A stretch of 64,000 bases of DNA from an uncultured cyanobacterium (GCA_963793425.1 CAWCAG010000005.1:1568001-1632000); one strand, 5' to 3'. Counted from the stretch's first letter, positions 14,399 through 24,902 are shown. Numbers and translations: made by a program. Notes: generated by a model not told the origin, from the sequence alone.

Positions 14399-14598
14399 TT
14401 TGTTTAGCTTGTTTGTTTGTCATTTACTACTATCTACTTTTTGCCGTTACATATCCGCGATCGCAACTACGTATTCTAGGTGACAATTTTCTTGAATATC
14501 TGTGATTTAGATCGCTGTTTCCTTTGATGCCTCAATAATTTTCCTCTTGTTAGTATTAACAATTACTTGCTTTTATTTAATAAGCCTAAGTAAGGAAA

Positions 14599-15759
14599 TC
14601 AAACTTTAATAAACCAACGTTGACGATACATAAAATAGAGAATTAACCACCAAAATGCTACGCTAACCAAGGCAAATAACAAAGAGCCATTAATTTCTCC
14701 TGCCCAAGAAGCAAAGAAAGTTTCATAAATCCAAGCATAGGTAGTTGGTGCATCTTCTCCAGAACCAACATTAGTACGGTAGAGAATGCGAACGATAAAA
14801 CCAGAGAGAACAAAAATAAAAATTGCATTCATTCCCATAACTTTAAAAGGAAAACTCCAGGAACGAATATTTCTCACTTCAATTAATTCATAGCAAGCTG
14901 CGAGTAGAAGTGAAGCCCAACCTGCGCTATATAAAACATAAGAACTAGTCCATAATTGTTTATTGAGAGGAAAAACTAATCCCCAAAACCAGCCTATAAA
15001 TAAGGCAGCAATACCAAATAGCACTAAACCAATAGTAGTGCGAGATTTAATGGGTTGATGACGTATCCAATCTCCAGCAAAGTAGCCTAACCAAACTGTT
15101 ACGATAGCAGGGAGAGTACTAAATAGTCCTTCAGGATCAAAACCATTGATATAGAGATGTTTTGTACCTAGAACCAGGCGATCAATATAAGTAGCTAAGT
15201 TCCCTTCCAAACTCAAATTTCCTGCACCATAATTGGGTACAGGAATTAGCATCATTGCCCCCCAATAGCCTAAAAGAATTACCCCTGATAAAATCCACAG
15301 AGCCTTTTTGTTTAAATTTAGTACAGCGATTCCAGCGAAGAAGTAAGCTAAACTAATACGCTGTAAAACCCCCATAATACGCAGGTTGGCTAACTCGCTA
15401 AGGGATTCTCCTTTAAAAAGAGCATTCATGACTAAAGAAGAAGCATTAAGAAACAAACCTAAAGCAAAAAGAATTAAACAACGTTTCAAGAGGCGCAAGT
15501 AGACTTCTTGAGGCGGTTTTTCCTCTTTAATGTATTTAGCTAAGGAAAATGCTATTGATGTTCCAGCGATGAAAAGAAAGGCAGGAAAGACAAAATCTGT
15601 AGGGGTAAAACCATGCCATTCTGCATGAAGCAAAGGGGCATAAACGTGTTCCCAACTGCCGGGATTATTAACCAAAATCATCCCCGCGATCGCCATACCT
15701 CGAAAAACATCAATTGAGGTGAGGCGTTGGGTTTTTTGGAGGTTTGACTTATCATTCAT
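14599..15759 (-). CDS. Membrane acyltransferase, heparan-alpha-glucosaminide N-acetyltransferase-like (DUF5009/NagX-type)
   Basis: RLTSIDVFRG, MILVNNPG, LLHAEWHG, TPTDFVFPAF, GVLQRI, DPEG, NKQLWTSS. Confidence 0.88.
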   Translation of the reverse strand: MNDKSNLQKTQRLTSIDVFRGMAIAGMILVNNPGSWEHVYAPLLHAEWHGFTPTDFVFPAFLFIAGTSIAFSLAKYIKEEKPPQEVYLRLLKRCLILFALGLFLNASSLVMNALFKGESLSELANLRIMGVLQRISLAYFFAGIAVLNLNKKALWILSGVILLGYWGAMMLIPVPNYGAGNLSLEGNLATYIDRLVLGTKHLYINGFDPEGLFSTLPAIVTVWLGYFAGDWIRHQPIKSRTTIGLVLFGIAALFIGWFWGLVFPLNKQLWTSSYVLYSAGWASLLLAACYELIEVRNIRSWSFPFKVMGMNAIFIFVLSGFIVRILYRTNVGSGEDAPTTYAWIYETFFASWAGEINGSLLFALVSVAFWWLILYFMYRQRWFIKV

Positions 15760-15807
15760 GCTAAAAGTTGCTTCTGAATAAGCTACATACTAACTCTCTA
15801 GTTGATA

Positions 15808-16106
15808 ATGAGTAAGTTTCGTAGCAAAAAACAAGCTTTTGGACATCCAGGTATTGAATCTCGTTGGACTCATGGTAGCAAGCAAGGAATCGGTACAGCT
15901 TATTCCATTTTTAGTAATGCTTGGCTTACATTGGTCAAAGGATGGAGGGGAAAATAAAACAAGAAACCTAAGCAACAGCCACATCTTTGGAGATTTATTA
16001 TGTTGATATTGCGATCGCAGCAGATTGGCAAGGGCATATTTCCTTTACTTTCTTAGATTTACCTGGGGGAGAAGAAGAAAGTTATTCTGTAGCGATCGCC
16101 GTTTAA
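15808..16106 (+). pseudogene. Glucoamylase (GH15) remnant: N- and C-terminal ends only
   Basis: 5' frame AFGHPGIESRWTHGSKQGIGTAYS...WLTL; 3' frame ATATSLEIYYVDIAIAADWQGHISFTF...YSVAIAV*; catalytic body absent. Confidence 0.75.
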
Positions 16107-16140
16107 TTAAGAAAATCCCAAGATAAAGATTTATCCAAAA

Positions 16141-16179
16141 GCTAGTTGCTAGTTGCTAGTTGCTAGTTGCTAGTTGCTA
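16141..16179. repeat. Heptamer tandem repeat (GCTAGTT)x5.5
   Basis: Directly visible. Confidence 0.9.
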
Positions 16180-16220
16180 AAATCTCAGACTTCAAAGGAT
16201 ATTTTGTTTTTTGGAATGTT

Positions 16221-17156
16221 CTAAGAGCCTCTTAACTCCTTTAATTTCCTATCAGCTACCTCTTGCTCATACTTAATTGCTTTAATACGAGAAGGAGGTA
16301 ATTGTTGTTCATTAGCTAAAGCAGTTTCAAAATCTTCAAGAGCTTTTTCTAACAAAGAGATATCTTGCTTATTTTTCCCTAATTTATAAAAGATTTGTCC
16401 GCGCAAATAAACAACCTCTCGATTATCAGGTATCGCTTTTAAAGATTGCTCAACATAACCTAAGCCTTTCTCATAATATTCAATTGCTTTGGCAGGATTG
16501 TCATCTTCCTTTTTATTACCTAAATCACGATAAGCAACAGCAATACCATGATTAACTAAAAATTCTGGTGCGGCTTTATTTTTAAACTTATCTATAGCTT
16601 GTTCGGCATTAGAAAATGGTAAATTAACTGCCAGCAAAAGTTCCATATAACCCTTCAACATATTCATTTCTGGATCGTTGGGGTCAATTGCTTCTGCTTT
16701 ATCGAGGTATTCAAAGACTTTTTGTAACTTAGTTACAGCGCCAATCGGACCATCATTTTTATATTGATAGGCTCCTTCTAAAAAATGCCCCACAGCTAAA
16801 TAAAGATTGCCTCGTAGAGAATCTTCATCTGTATCTACTAAATTATCTGCTGCTTGGATAGTTTTACTAGCATAACTATTCATAGTAGATAAGTCTTCGT
16901 TCATAAAAGCTAAAGCAGCTCTTAAAGCATAAACTAAAGGCTCATCAGGATCACTTTTTTCAGCTTCTTGTAAATCTTGAATTGCTTCTTGATATTTCCC
17001 TTCTCGAAACAAAGTATCAAAAGCTTCCTCTGTCTCATCTCCCATATTATAAGGGTTACCAGGGCGGAAAGGATCTCCTGCTGAGACTGGATTACTAAAA
17101 AGGGTGAGAGCGACAATTAAAGAACTAGCAAATGTAAAAGATTTTCGTGTGGACAT
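16221..17156 (-). CDS. Sll0314/Alr1548-family exported TPR protein
   Basis: Signal peptide then AGDPFR; LRGNLYLAVGHFLEGA; KGYMELLLAVNLPFS. Confidence 0.85.
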   Translation of the reverse strand: MSTRKSFTFASSLIVALTLFSNPVSAGDPFRPGNPYNMGDETEEAFDTLFREGKYQEAIQDLQEAEKSDPDEPLVYALRAALAFMNEDLSTMNSYASKTIQAADNLVDTDEDSLRGNLYLAVGHFLEGAYQYKNDGPIGAVTKLQKVFEYLDKAEAIDPNDPEMNMLKGYMELLLAVNLPFSNAEQAIDKFKNKAAPEFLVNHGIAVAYRDLGNKKEDDNPAKAIEYYEKGLGYVEQSLKAIPDNREVVYLRGQIFYKLGKNKQDISLLEKALEDFETALANEQQLPPSRIKAIKYEQEVADRKLKELRGS

Positions 17157-17404
17157 AATTGATTTGTTTCGTAAGTTAATTAGTTGAAGAAATTAGTTAA
17201 AAAGGTAAATTATCAGCATTTTTTCTGCTCTTTAGCTAAGAAAACAGATTACCTCCCTATTTTAGTTAATTTCCTACAGGATTTGACGCAACCCTCAATC
17301 TGCTAGTTCCAAAGGCATTTACCTTACCAAAAGCATATTCAATTGTGTTAATTTGTACGAATTGCCGTCGCCCTAGGCTTAGCTGATCACTGATAACTGA
17401 AGAA

Positions 17405-18073
17405 ATGCTTTATCTTAAAAATCTGGTATATCATCCCCCGGCGACTGCCCTTCCTATTCTCAAAGGCATTAATCTAGAATTAGCCCCCCAGGAATTAGGT
17501 TTGATTGTCGGTAAAAGTGGCTCTGGGAAAACCACTTTATTAGAAATTTTGGCAGGATTAGCAGAGAAAACCAGAGGCGGAATTTTCTGGCAAGACCAAG
17601 AGTTAACATCTTTAGATTTACAATACTTAGGGGGTTTGGTTTTCCAGTTTCCCGAAAGACATTTTTGCGGCAGCACTATTTTAGAAGAATTGCGGATCGG
17701 CCATCCTGAATTGCGTTTTCAACAGGTTAGGGAAGCTTTGCAGGAGGTGGGTTTACAACATCTTCCTTACGCAAATTCTCCCAATGCTTTGAGCGGAGGG
17801 CAGCAGCGCCGTCTCGCTTTAGCAGTACAATTAGTACGTCAACCTAATCTTTTGATGTTAGACGAACCCACAGCAGGTTTAGATTGGTCAATGCGACAAC
17901 AACTGGCTAATTTATTGGCTAAGCTGAAAAATCACTGGACTTTATTAGTTGTTACCCACGATCCGGGAGAATTAGCTAAGATTGCCGATCGTTGTTGGTT
18001 AATTGAGGAAGGAGAATTGGAAAGTGTCGAAGCTGATAGTTTGGTGAGGAAGAAGGTTCAAATAGTTGGCTGA
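17405..18073 (+). CDS. ABC transporter ATP-binding protein (ECF-ATPase-like)
   Basis: GKSGSGKTT, VFQFPE, LSGGQ, LDEPTAGLD, VTHD. Confidence 0.93.
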   Translation: MLYLKNLVYHPPATALPILKGINLELAPQELGLIVGKSGSGKTTLLEILAGLAEKTRGGIFWQDQELTSLDLQYLGGLVFQFPERHFCGSTILEELRIGHPELRFQQVREALQEVGLQHLPYANSPNALSGGQQRRLALAVQLVRQPNLLMLDEPTAGLDWSMRQQLANLLAKLKNHWTLLVVTHDPGELAKIADRCWLIEEGELESVEADSLVRKKVQIVG

Positions 18074-18354
18074 ATTTTACTGTCTTACAACAGAAAATTG
18101 CCCCGATTCATAACTTAACTTATTAAGTTACTGGGAGCTTATTATTCAAATTTAGAGCCTTCCCTAAAGAATATATAGTTTAGCTCTACTTGATCGCAGA
18201 ATGCACTAGCCCAATTATTCCCTAATTGTTCTAAAATCACCCGGTATTTACAGGAATTGGTATCATCTAAATTATAGAGAAAAAGCAAAGTAAATTGATC
18301 AACTTTTAACCTTAAAAAACGACAATTTATTTTCCCCAGCACAAAATATTTATA

Positions 18355-19083
18355 ATGAACAAGCAACCTGAAATCACAAAACATAGCGAACTACTCAATC
18401 GCTTAGTCTTGAACCGTCGCACCACAGATAAAATTGGTAACGTAGAAAAGATTTGGCTAGATCCTCAAGCCCATCGTGTACTTGGCTTAGTTTGTAAATC
18501 TGGTTTGCTTGGTATTCATAAAGACTTAGTTGCTTGGCAGCAAGTAGAAAAAATTGGCGAAGATGGCATCATAGTCAATCTGCCAACTGAAGAAAAAAGT
18601 AATGAAAAGCCTGAAAAAGATGAAATCTTAATCGGTCATGAAATTTGGACAGATGAAGGAACTAAGGTAGGTAATTTAGTAGATTATTTATTTATCCCCG
18701 AAACTGGAGAAGTTATTGGCTATTTGTTTGCTTCTAGTGGTTGGCGTGGTGTTGTAGAAGGAGTATATATGCTTACTCCTGTTGCTATTTCTAGTGTAGG
18801 AGATAGAAGAGTAATTGTCTTAGCAACTGCCTTAGAAAATCCTCGCCTATACCAAGAGGGAGTAAACCACAGAATTGAAGATATCAAAGATTATTTTCAA
18901 GAAGATTTAGCCCAAACCAAACAGGATTTACGAACTGCCATTGGCTTACCCAAAAGAGTAGTAGAGCAATTACAAGATGCCGCTGAATCAGCTACAGACA
19001 AAGTAAAAGATAGGTTCAAAGCTCAACCAGAACCTGATCAAAAAGAGGATGAGAAAATCAAGGATAGCGATCTTGAAAATTGA
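18355..19083 (+). CDS. PRC-barrel domain protein
   Basis: Two PRC-barrel repeats (IGNVEKIWLDP; EIWTDEGTKVGNLVDYLF). Confidence 0.85.
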   Translation: MNKQPEITKHSELLNRLVLNRRTTDKIGNVEKIWLDPQAHRVLGLVCKSGLLGIHKDLVAWQQVEKIGEDGIIVNLPTEEKSNEKPEKDEILIGHEIWTDEGTKVGNLVDYLFIPETGEVIGYLFASSGWRGVVEGVYMLTPVAISSVGDRRVIVLATALENPRLYQEGVNHRIEDIKDYFQEDLAQTKQDLRTAIGLPKRVVEQLQDAAESATDKVKDRFKAQPEPDQKEDEKIKDSDLEN

Positions 19084-19104
19084 ATATTAAAAAGGAAAAA
19101 TAGA

Positions 19105-19449
19105 ATGCAAAGTTTACTGATATTAGCTGTGATTATTGCCATAGTCTCAGTATTTTTCGCTTTACAAAACCCTGTGACTGTCACTATTAATTTTATTATT
19201 TGGCAGTTTCAAGGCCCTTTAGCATTATTCCTACTCTTGACTTTAGGGGCAGGTGTTGTTGTGGGTTTCCTCTTTTCTGTACCTGCGGTAGTGAAAAGGA
19301 AGCTAAAAACTTTAGGTAAAAATAAAAGAATTAATGAATTAGAAGACGAAATGAATGCTAAGCAAGAGAAAATATTTGAGCAAGAAAAGAGAATAAAATA
19401 CTTAGAGCAAACCTTACAACAAAAAAGCAACTTGACAGAAGAAATGTAG
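19105..19449 (+). CDS. LapA family (lipopolysaccharide assembly) membrane protein
   Basis: FFALQNPVTVTINF...PLAL two-TM pattern plus coiled coil. Confidence 0.8.
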   Translation: MQSLLILAVIIAIVSVFFALQNPVTVTINFIIWQFQGPLALFLLLTLGAGVVVGFLFSVPAVVKRKLKTLGKNKRINELEDEMNAKQEKIFEQEKRIKYLEQTLQQKSNLTEEM

Positions 19450-19500
19450 GTAAACAATCTAAGACTTAATCTTTGCTAATAGTTCAATGTTTGATGTTCA

Positions 19501-20181
19501 ATGATTCTATCTTCCTTAAAAAATAACCTCATCGTTTCCTGTCAAGCGCCAAAAAATTCCCCTTTACATAATCCCTTAATAATTGCAGCTATAGCAAAAG
19601 TAGCAATCAACTGTGGTGCAATGGGGGTACGGCTAGATACTCCTGATCATGTTCAAGCAGTCCGAGAAAACATTGGCGATGTACCAATTATTGGCTTGTG
19701 GAAACAGCAAATTCCTGGTTGCGAAGTTTATATTACTCCCCGCTTTAAAGATGCCGCTGCGATCGCTCAAGCGGGTGCTGATATTATTGCCATTGATGGG
19801 ACAGCAAGAGAACGTCCTAACGGGGAAACTTTAGAAGAATTAATTCCTCGAATTCACAAAGAATTAGACAAATTAGTCATGGCTGATGTTGATACCATAG
19901 AAAATGCGATTTTAGCAACAAAAGCAGGGGCAGATATTGTCGGTACAACCCTATATGGGTATACATCTCAAACCAAGGATTTATCTCCTCCTGGTTGGCA
20001 ATTACTTCAAGAAATGGTCACAAAATTAGCTATCCCCGCCATTTGCGAAGGGGGTATTGCTTCTCCAACTATGGCTAAAAAAGCGCTAGAATGGGGAGCC
20101 TATGCTGTAGTTGTAGGAACTGCCATTACGGGTATTGACCTCCAGATTCAAAATTACGTATCGATGCTTAGTTGTGACTAA
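19501..20181 (+). CDS. nanE: N-acetylmannosamine-6-phosphate 2-epimerase
   Basis: LIVSCQA, PIIGLWK, VYITP, VGTTLYGYT, CEGGI, VVVGTAIT. Confidence 0.93.
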   Translation: MILSSLKNNLIVSCQAPKNSPLHNPLIIAAIAKVAINCGAMGVRLDTPDHVQAVRENIGDVPIIGLWKQQIPGCEVYITPRFKDAAAIAQAGADIIAIDGTARERPNGETLEELIPRIHKELDKLVMADVDTIENAILATKAGADIVGTTLYGYTSQTKDLSPPGWQLLQEMVTKLAIPAICEGGIASPTMAKKALEWGAYAVVVGTAITGIDLQIQNYVSMLSCD

Positions 20182-20748
20182 ATGACTAATTCTTTGCAAT
20201 TCAGTATCATGTTTCTCTGTTTTTTGACTGCTGGGGCCTTATTTTGGGAAGGAAAGCGACCGAAAATAGAACCAGCGATCGCAGCCTCTTCTGAACAAGA
20301 ATTTATCCCAGCCAAACTAACTTCTTCATCTTTATTACAATTATCAGCCTCTCTAAGTAGTAGTTTAGTAGTTGATTTAAGCGATCGCACTGTATCTTTC
20401 TATGAGTTTGATAAATTAGTTACCAGCTATCCTGTAGCTATTGGTAAGGATGGTTGGGAAACCCCTACAGGTACTTTTTCAGTCAAAGACATGAATTCTC
20501 ATCCGGCTTGGTATCAACCCATCACTGGAGAAGTGATTCCCCCTGGTCCTGATAATCCTTTAGGATCAAGGTGGATTGGTTTTTGGTCTGATGGGGGAGA
20601 TGTTCACCAAATTGGCTTCCACGGTAGTAATCAAGAAGGTTCAATTGGAGAAGCTGCATCTCACGGCTGTTTACGAATGCGTAATGATGACATTGAAAAG
20701 ATGTACGAACAAGTTAGTGAAGGTACGATAGTTATTGTTCGTAAGTGA
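20182..20748 (+). CDS. L,D-transpeptidase (YkuD family)
   Basis: YPVAIGK, TPTG, NPLGSRW, IGFHG...SHGCLRM catalytic motif. Confidence 0.93.
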   Translation: MTNSLQFSIMFLCFLTAGALFWEGKRPKIEPAIAASSEQEFIPAKLTSSSLLQLSASLSSSLVVDLSDRTVSFYEFDKLVTSYPVAIGKDGWETPTGTFSVKDMNSHPAWYQPITGEVIPPGPDNPLGSRWIGFWSDGGDVHQIGFHGSNQEGSIGEAASHGCLRMRNDDIEKMYEQVSEGTIVIVRK

Positions 20749-20754
20749 TATCAG

Positions 20755-22461
20755 TTAAAACCCCAAATTTGCCTTACCTATCTCCGCCGCCGCAAAAACT
20801 TCCTCATCCGACATCTCTTCCCAAGCCGTATCGCCAATTTCAGCGTAGAAAGTTTGGTCATAGGGACGGGTACGCACTACCACAGGCATCGGCACGGCAT
20901 GGCCCAGCACAAGGGCTTGCTGTTTAGAATCAAGTTTAGCCAAAACAGAACGCAAACCACTAGCCCCGGAAACTCCTGTAAAGATGGCATCAATGTCCTT
21001 ATCATCGTTAAGCAAACAGGTGATGCGAGTACCTACTTGGGACATCACCTCGTTATCAATACCAGAAGGACGCTGATCGACGATTAATAGAGTAACAAAA
21101 TATTTACGCATTTCCCTGGCAATAGTACCAAAAATAGTTTGGTTAACAATCGCTGAATCGAGGAAGCGATGGGCTTCTTCAATGGTAATTACTAAAGGGC
21201 GAGGACGATCTTGAGGATTCTTGCTTTGGAGAAATTTATCTGCTTTCCTAACGTAATTGTGATGAATGCGCCTAGTCATCATATTAGTAACCAGCATATA
21301 AGAAAGCAGATTAGATTGAGAACCAAACTCAACCACAACGTGCTTCCCAGCATCAAGGGATTGCAGAATTTGGTCAATATAATTGCGGGGACAACTCGAA
21401 CGCATATACTTCAAACTATCGAGGCGCATCAGCTTACGTTGCAGTGCCATGATCGAACCTTTATGACCCTGCCTTTCCTCGCAAAACATCTCAATATCCT
21501 CATTAGTCATAGTCAAGAGGCTAATGATCCAATGTTTACCATATTCTGCAAGGAGAATATTCGCATTATCAATACTAGCATCGGATAAACTTAATTCACG
21601 ACTAACTAATCTTAGGTCTTCAAGCTCAATTTGATCGTAACCGAGATAAAGTTCTTGAGCATCTCTCACCCCTCGCCTTTTAGTAGCTTCCGGGTCTAAA
21701 GTGTAAATTTCTACCTGTCCTGGAAAAAGCTGCCGTAGCCCCTTAACAGTACTAAATTGCTTCCCTTCACTAACTGCCTCCCAACCATACTCTGAGTGCA
21801 TATCAAACATCAAATTAACGGCTGCTTGCTTACGGATAATGCCGGAAATTAACAGGCGAGTGAGAAATGATTTACCCGTACCAGATTTACCAAAAACTCC
21901 GTTGCTGCGTTCAATAAAACGGTCTAAATCCAAACAAACTGGCACATCCATATCTAGGGGTTTACCAATGGAAAAGTTTTTCCGCAGAGGGTCATCTTCC
22001 CAACCAAAGACAGCCCGGAAATCCCCTTCACTGGCTTCATAAACTTGGCTAAAATGACTGGGGATAGTTTTAACTGGTAGTAATTCTATTTCGCTACTGG
22101 TTTGGGCTTGGAAGGAAGCCAAGGAAGTATCCTTTGGGAATTCTTGGGATGTTCCTGTGGTGGGGGTAAACATCAACATCGGTGAAAGATTCACCATCCC
22201 ATAGGTTCCACTCCCGGCTAATACTTCCCGCAAAAAGTCATCCTGGGGACTGGGGGGATTGGCCATGATCCTTTGACTGGCGGTTCCTAAAGTCACATCG
22301 GTGAGGAGGCAAAAAAAGCGCGATCGCATCCCCTGTACAACCAGGAATTTACCCACCCGCATATCTTCTACCAATACGTCTGGGTGCAAGCGTATTTCTA
22401 AGCCCTGGCTAAGGGAACCTTGAATTACTGAACCAAGGGGTTTATCAGAGTTGGTCATCAA
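20755..22461 (-). CDS. HerA-like (DUF87) ATPase
   Basis: HAS-barrel-like N-terminus, GKSGTGKS, FDMHSEY, IEEAHRF, REMRK, DQRPS. Confidence 0.88.
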   Translation of the reverse strand: MMTNSDKPLGSVIQGSLSQGLEIRLHPDVLVEDMRVGKFLVVQGMRSRFFCLLTDVTLGTASQRIMANPPSPQDDFLREVLAGSGTYGMVNLSPMLMFTPTTGTSQEFPKDTSLASFQAQTSSEIELLPVKTIPSHFSQVYEASEGDFRAVFGWEDDPLRKNFSIGKPLDMDVPVCLDLDRFIERSNGVFGKSGTGKSFLTRLLISGIIRKQAAVNLMFDMHSEYGWEAVSEGKQFSTVKGLRQLFPGQVEIYTLDPEATKRRGVRDAQELYLGYDQIELEDLRLVSRELSLSDASIDNANILLAEYGKHWIISLLTMTNEDIEMFCEERQGHKGSIMALQRKLMRLDSLKYMRSSCPRNYIDQILQSLDAGKHVVVEFGSQSNLLSYMLVTNMMTRRIHHNYVRKADKFLQSKNPQDRPRPLVITIEEAHRFLDSAIVNQTIFGTIAREMRKYFVTLLIVDQRPSGIDNEVMSQVGTRITCLLNDDKDIDAIFTGVSGASGLRSVLAKLDSKQQALVLGHAVPMPVVVRTRPYDQTFYAEIGDTAWEEMSDEEVFAAAEIGKANLGF

Positions 22462-22497
22462 AATAATACTAACCTGCCAGGAATACTTTTGTACTTA

Positions 22498-23361
22498 TTA
22501 ATTTAGCGTATCAGGATCTATTCCTAACTCCCTTAATTTAGCGGCTAACTGTTCTGCTTTTAATTCTGCTTCACTAGCTCTTAATTTAGCTTCAATTGCT
22601 TCTTGCTGCGCCTCCAAGATTTCCTGTTGCGCCTCAAAAGCCTCAAGTCTTGCCTCAATCGCCTCTTCTTGTGCGGCAATCACCTTTTCTTCAGGTATAG
22701 GAATTAATTCTCCTTCTAAAGTTAACCAGCGCAGCCATAACTTTTCTATATCCTTAAATTCCCCTCGCCAAGTACCCAAACTTAAACCCAACTCCGGCAC
22801 AACCAAGCGCCCCTGGTTTAACTCAAATTCTTGGTATTTTCCTTCCCTAAGTTGAAATACTTTGAGTTGGTTTGTATAACGACTAAAGACGATGTAGTAA
22901 GGAACTTGTAATATCTGTTCGTATACTTCCCATTTTGTGGGTGGTTCCCCTCGTTTACTAGTAGTCTCTCCTAAATCTTCAGCTTCTGTACCAGGAGATA
23001 ACAATTCTACTACCACCAAGGGGTTAGCTTCCTCTTGCCAAGTTACATAACTTAAGCGCATATCTTCCCCTTTATACAATCTCGGTACACCCACAACCCC
23101 AAACCAGTCAGGGCGTTTATACCACCGAGTATGCTGAAGATCGTAGTAAAGATTCATATCTGTGGCACTGTAGATTAAATCTTTAGCCCAAGTGGTGGGG
23201 ATAAAGGTTAAATAAAGTAATAGAGGTTGAAAAAAATGAAATTCGTCAGGCAAACCGGGTTCCTCTGGATTCTCACTCGGAAGATCGTACATCGTCGGTA
23301 GACCATTTTGAGAAGTGAGAATCTGTTGGTTTAAGTTAGGAAACGAAGCTGAAGAAGTCAT
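22498..23361 (-). CDS. Uma2 family putative endonuclease
   Basis: LPTMYDLPSE, RPDWF, VELLSPGT, KWEVYE, C-terminal LAAKLRELGIDP. Confidence 0.92.
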   Translation of the reverse strand: MTSSASFPNLNQQILTSQNGLPTMYDLPSENPEEPGLPDEFHFFQPLLLYLTFIPTTWAKDLIYSATDMNLYYDLQHTRWYKRPDWFGVVGVPRLYKGEDMRLSYVTWQEEANPLVVVELLSPGTEAEDLGETTSKRGEPPTKWEVYEQILQVPYYIVFSRYTNQLKVFQLREGKYQEFELNQGRLVVPELGLSLGTWRGEFKDIEKLWLRWLTLEGELIPIPEEKVIAAQEEAIEARLEAFEAQQEILEAQQEAIEAKLRASEAELKAEQLAAKLRELGIDPDTLN

Positions 23362-23453
23362 TATTAAAAAGCCGATAACTATTGCCAGTCGCCGTAGAAA
23401 CAGATAATAACTGATAACTGTACGGCTTTACCGTTGCCTTTAAGCATCATTGA

Positions 23454-24323
23454 TCAGCAAAGCACATCTACTGTTTCCCAAGCAGCGCCGCGAGTTAAAC
23501 GTATTTGTGCTAAAGCAAAAATAGTGGGAATAATACGGCCATAATTAGTGGCGATCGCCCGCCAGCCTAAATCAGCCATAAAACAGCCCCATAACAAAGG
23601 CCCTACCATGGCAAAAACTCCTCTCATTGCTGCGTGGCGGGCTGTGGTTATAGCCATACCTCTCCTTGCTGCTTGCATCGCTAGATGGCTCTGAAACTGA
23701 GCTGTAGCAGCCGCACCGCCTTTAATCATAGCGTTCCTAGCCACTTGATAACTAGCAAAATGAATAGCAAACTGGCGGGCGATTTGCTGTAGTATCAAAG
23801 GTTTAAGCACTGAACTAACAGCGACAACACTACTACCTTTGAGGAAAATATTAATGGGGTTATGTTGCAATTGTATAGGTAGAGGTTCAGGGAACTTAGA
23901 CTGAGCTAAGGATTTCTGTACCTTAGCTGTTAAACAACGCTTCTCCTGTGGTGGTAATTTTTGCCAAGCTTTACCCACTAAATGTAAAAATATTTCTGCT
24001 TCAATATCTGTAGTAGATAACTTTTCAGAATAGGGAATTTTTAGGTAACGACAAACTTGAATAAGTATTTGTCTATAACTGACTTCTTGGGCTTGCCCTC
24101 GCAAAACAGTCAAGCCGTCAGCAGCTAAGTAGCGAAATCGCTGTTCTAGGCTGTCTAACCAAATTTCTCTATCCTTGCTTTGCACATCTATTGGATCTAC
24201 GCTCTGGAAATAATCGAGGGGATTAAATTTACGACAAAAAAGAATATGGGTAAGCTGTTGTAATTCTTCTTCTGTGCCTAATTCCAGCGCGGGCCTGAGT
24301 TCGTCCAACGTTTTTCCCTCCAC
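23454..24323 (-). CDS. YaaW family protein
   Basis: LDELRxALEL, RKFNPLDY, RFRYLAADG, ATNYGRIIP; true start probably the TTG a few codons in. Confidence 0.8.
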   Translation of the reverse strand: MEGKTLDELRPALELGTEEELQQLTHILFCRKFNPLDYFQSVDPIDVQSKDREIWLDSLEQRFRYLAADGLTVLRGQAQEVSYRQILIQVCRYLKIPYSEKLSTTDIEAEIFLHLVGKAWQKLPPQEKRCLTAKVQKSLAQSKFPEPLPIQLQHNPINIFLKGSSVVAVSSVLKPLILQQIARQFAIHFASYQVARNAMIKGGAAATAQFQSHLAMQAARRGMAITTARHAAMRGVFAMVGPLLWGCFMADLGWRAIATNYGRIIPTIFALAQIRLTRGAAWETVDVLC

Positions 24324-24430
24324 AACACCGGATTTTTTAAGTTCTGGGTTCTATTCTACTACTTGATAATTGTTAATTGCTAATTGCTAATGGTTTTTCC
24401 CTGCCCTTAACCCCTAAGTCCCTATAAGCC

Positions 24431-24439
24431 TGTTATAAT
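24431..24439 (+). promoter_or_regulatory. Extended -10 promoter of ssrA
   Basis: TGTTATAAT 15 nt upstream of the mature tmRNA 5' end. Confidence 0.7.
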
Positions 24440-24454
24440 AATTAAGTATCACAA

Positions 24455-24849
24455 GGGGCCGTCACGGTTTCGACAAGTTAGTGAAAACTTATCTGTGATT
24501 CAGGTCGAGAGTGAATCTCCTCTCGTAAATACAAGATTCAAAAACAATGTAAATGCGAACAACATCGTTCCTTTTGCTCGTAAGACAACCGCTGTTGCTG
24601 TTGCCTAAAAAAAACCTCTTATAGGTCCGAGCATCTGTAGTCTGACTCCGTTAAGGGCTGTAGATATAACCCCAACGGATGCTTTTTTTACTTTGCCTCT
24701 GGTCAGGTAAAAAACTAAGAACTTACTAGAGCATCCTATCGTCCGGGATAAAGGCCGATCCCCGCCTTGAGGGTTAAAAGGGCTAAGCCTGTGAACGAAT
24801 AGAAAGTCAATAACTAATTTGGACAGCAGTTCGACTCTGCTCGGCTCCA
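24455..24849 (+). ncRNA. ssrA: tmRNA (one-piece); tag ORF 24555-24608 ANNIVPFARKTTAVAVA*
   Basis: 5' GGGGCCGTCACGGTTTCGAC, 3' GCAGTTCGACTCTGCTCGGCTCCA, G3-U acceptor pair, cyanobacterial ANNIV tag. Confidence 0.97.
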
Positions 24850-24864
24850 TTCTGTATAAATACT

Positions 24865-24902
24865 AAATGCGCTTTGCTTCTACTGATGCAAGGCGCATTT
24901 TT
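24865..24902 (+). terminator. Intrinsic terminator of ssrA
   Basis: AAATGCGCTTTGC / GCAAGGCGCATTT stem plus T-tract. Confidence 0.85.

Noticed and set aside
20755..23361. HerA-like ATPase next to a Uma2 nuclease as a defence system
   Set aside because: This HerA type looks like the conserved cyanobacterial one and Uma2 genes are scattered in many copies in cyanobacterial genomes; no SIR2/NurA partner or island context is visible
24605..24850. 81-aa minus-strand ORF
   Set aside because: Antisense shadow of tmRNA
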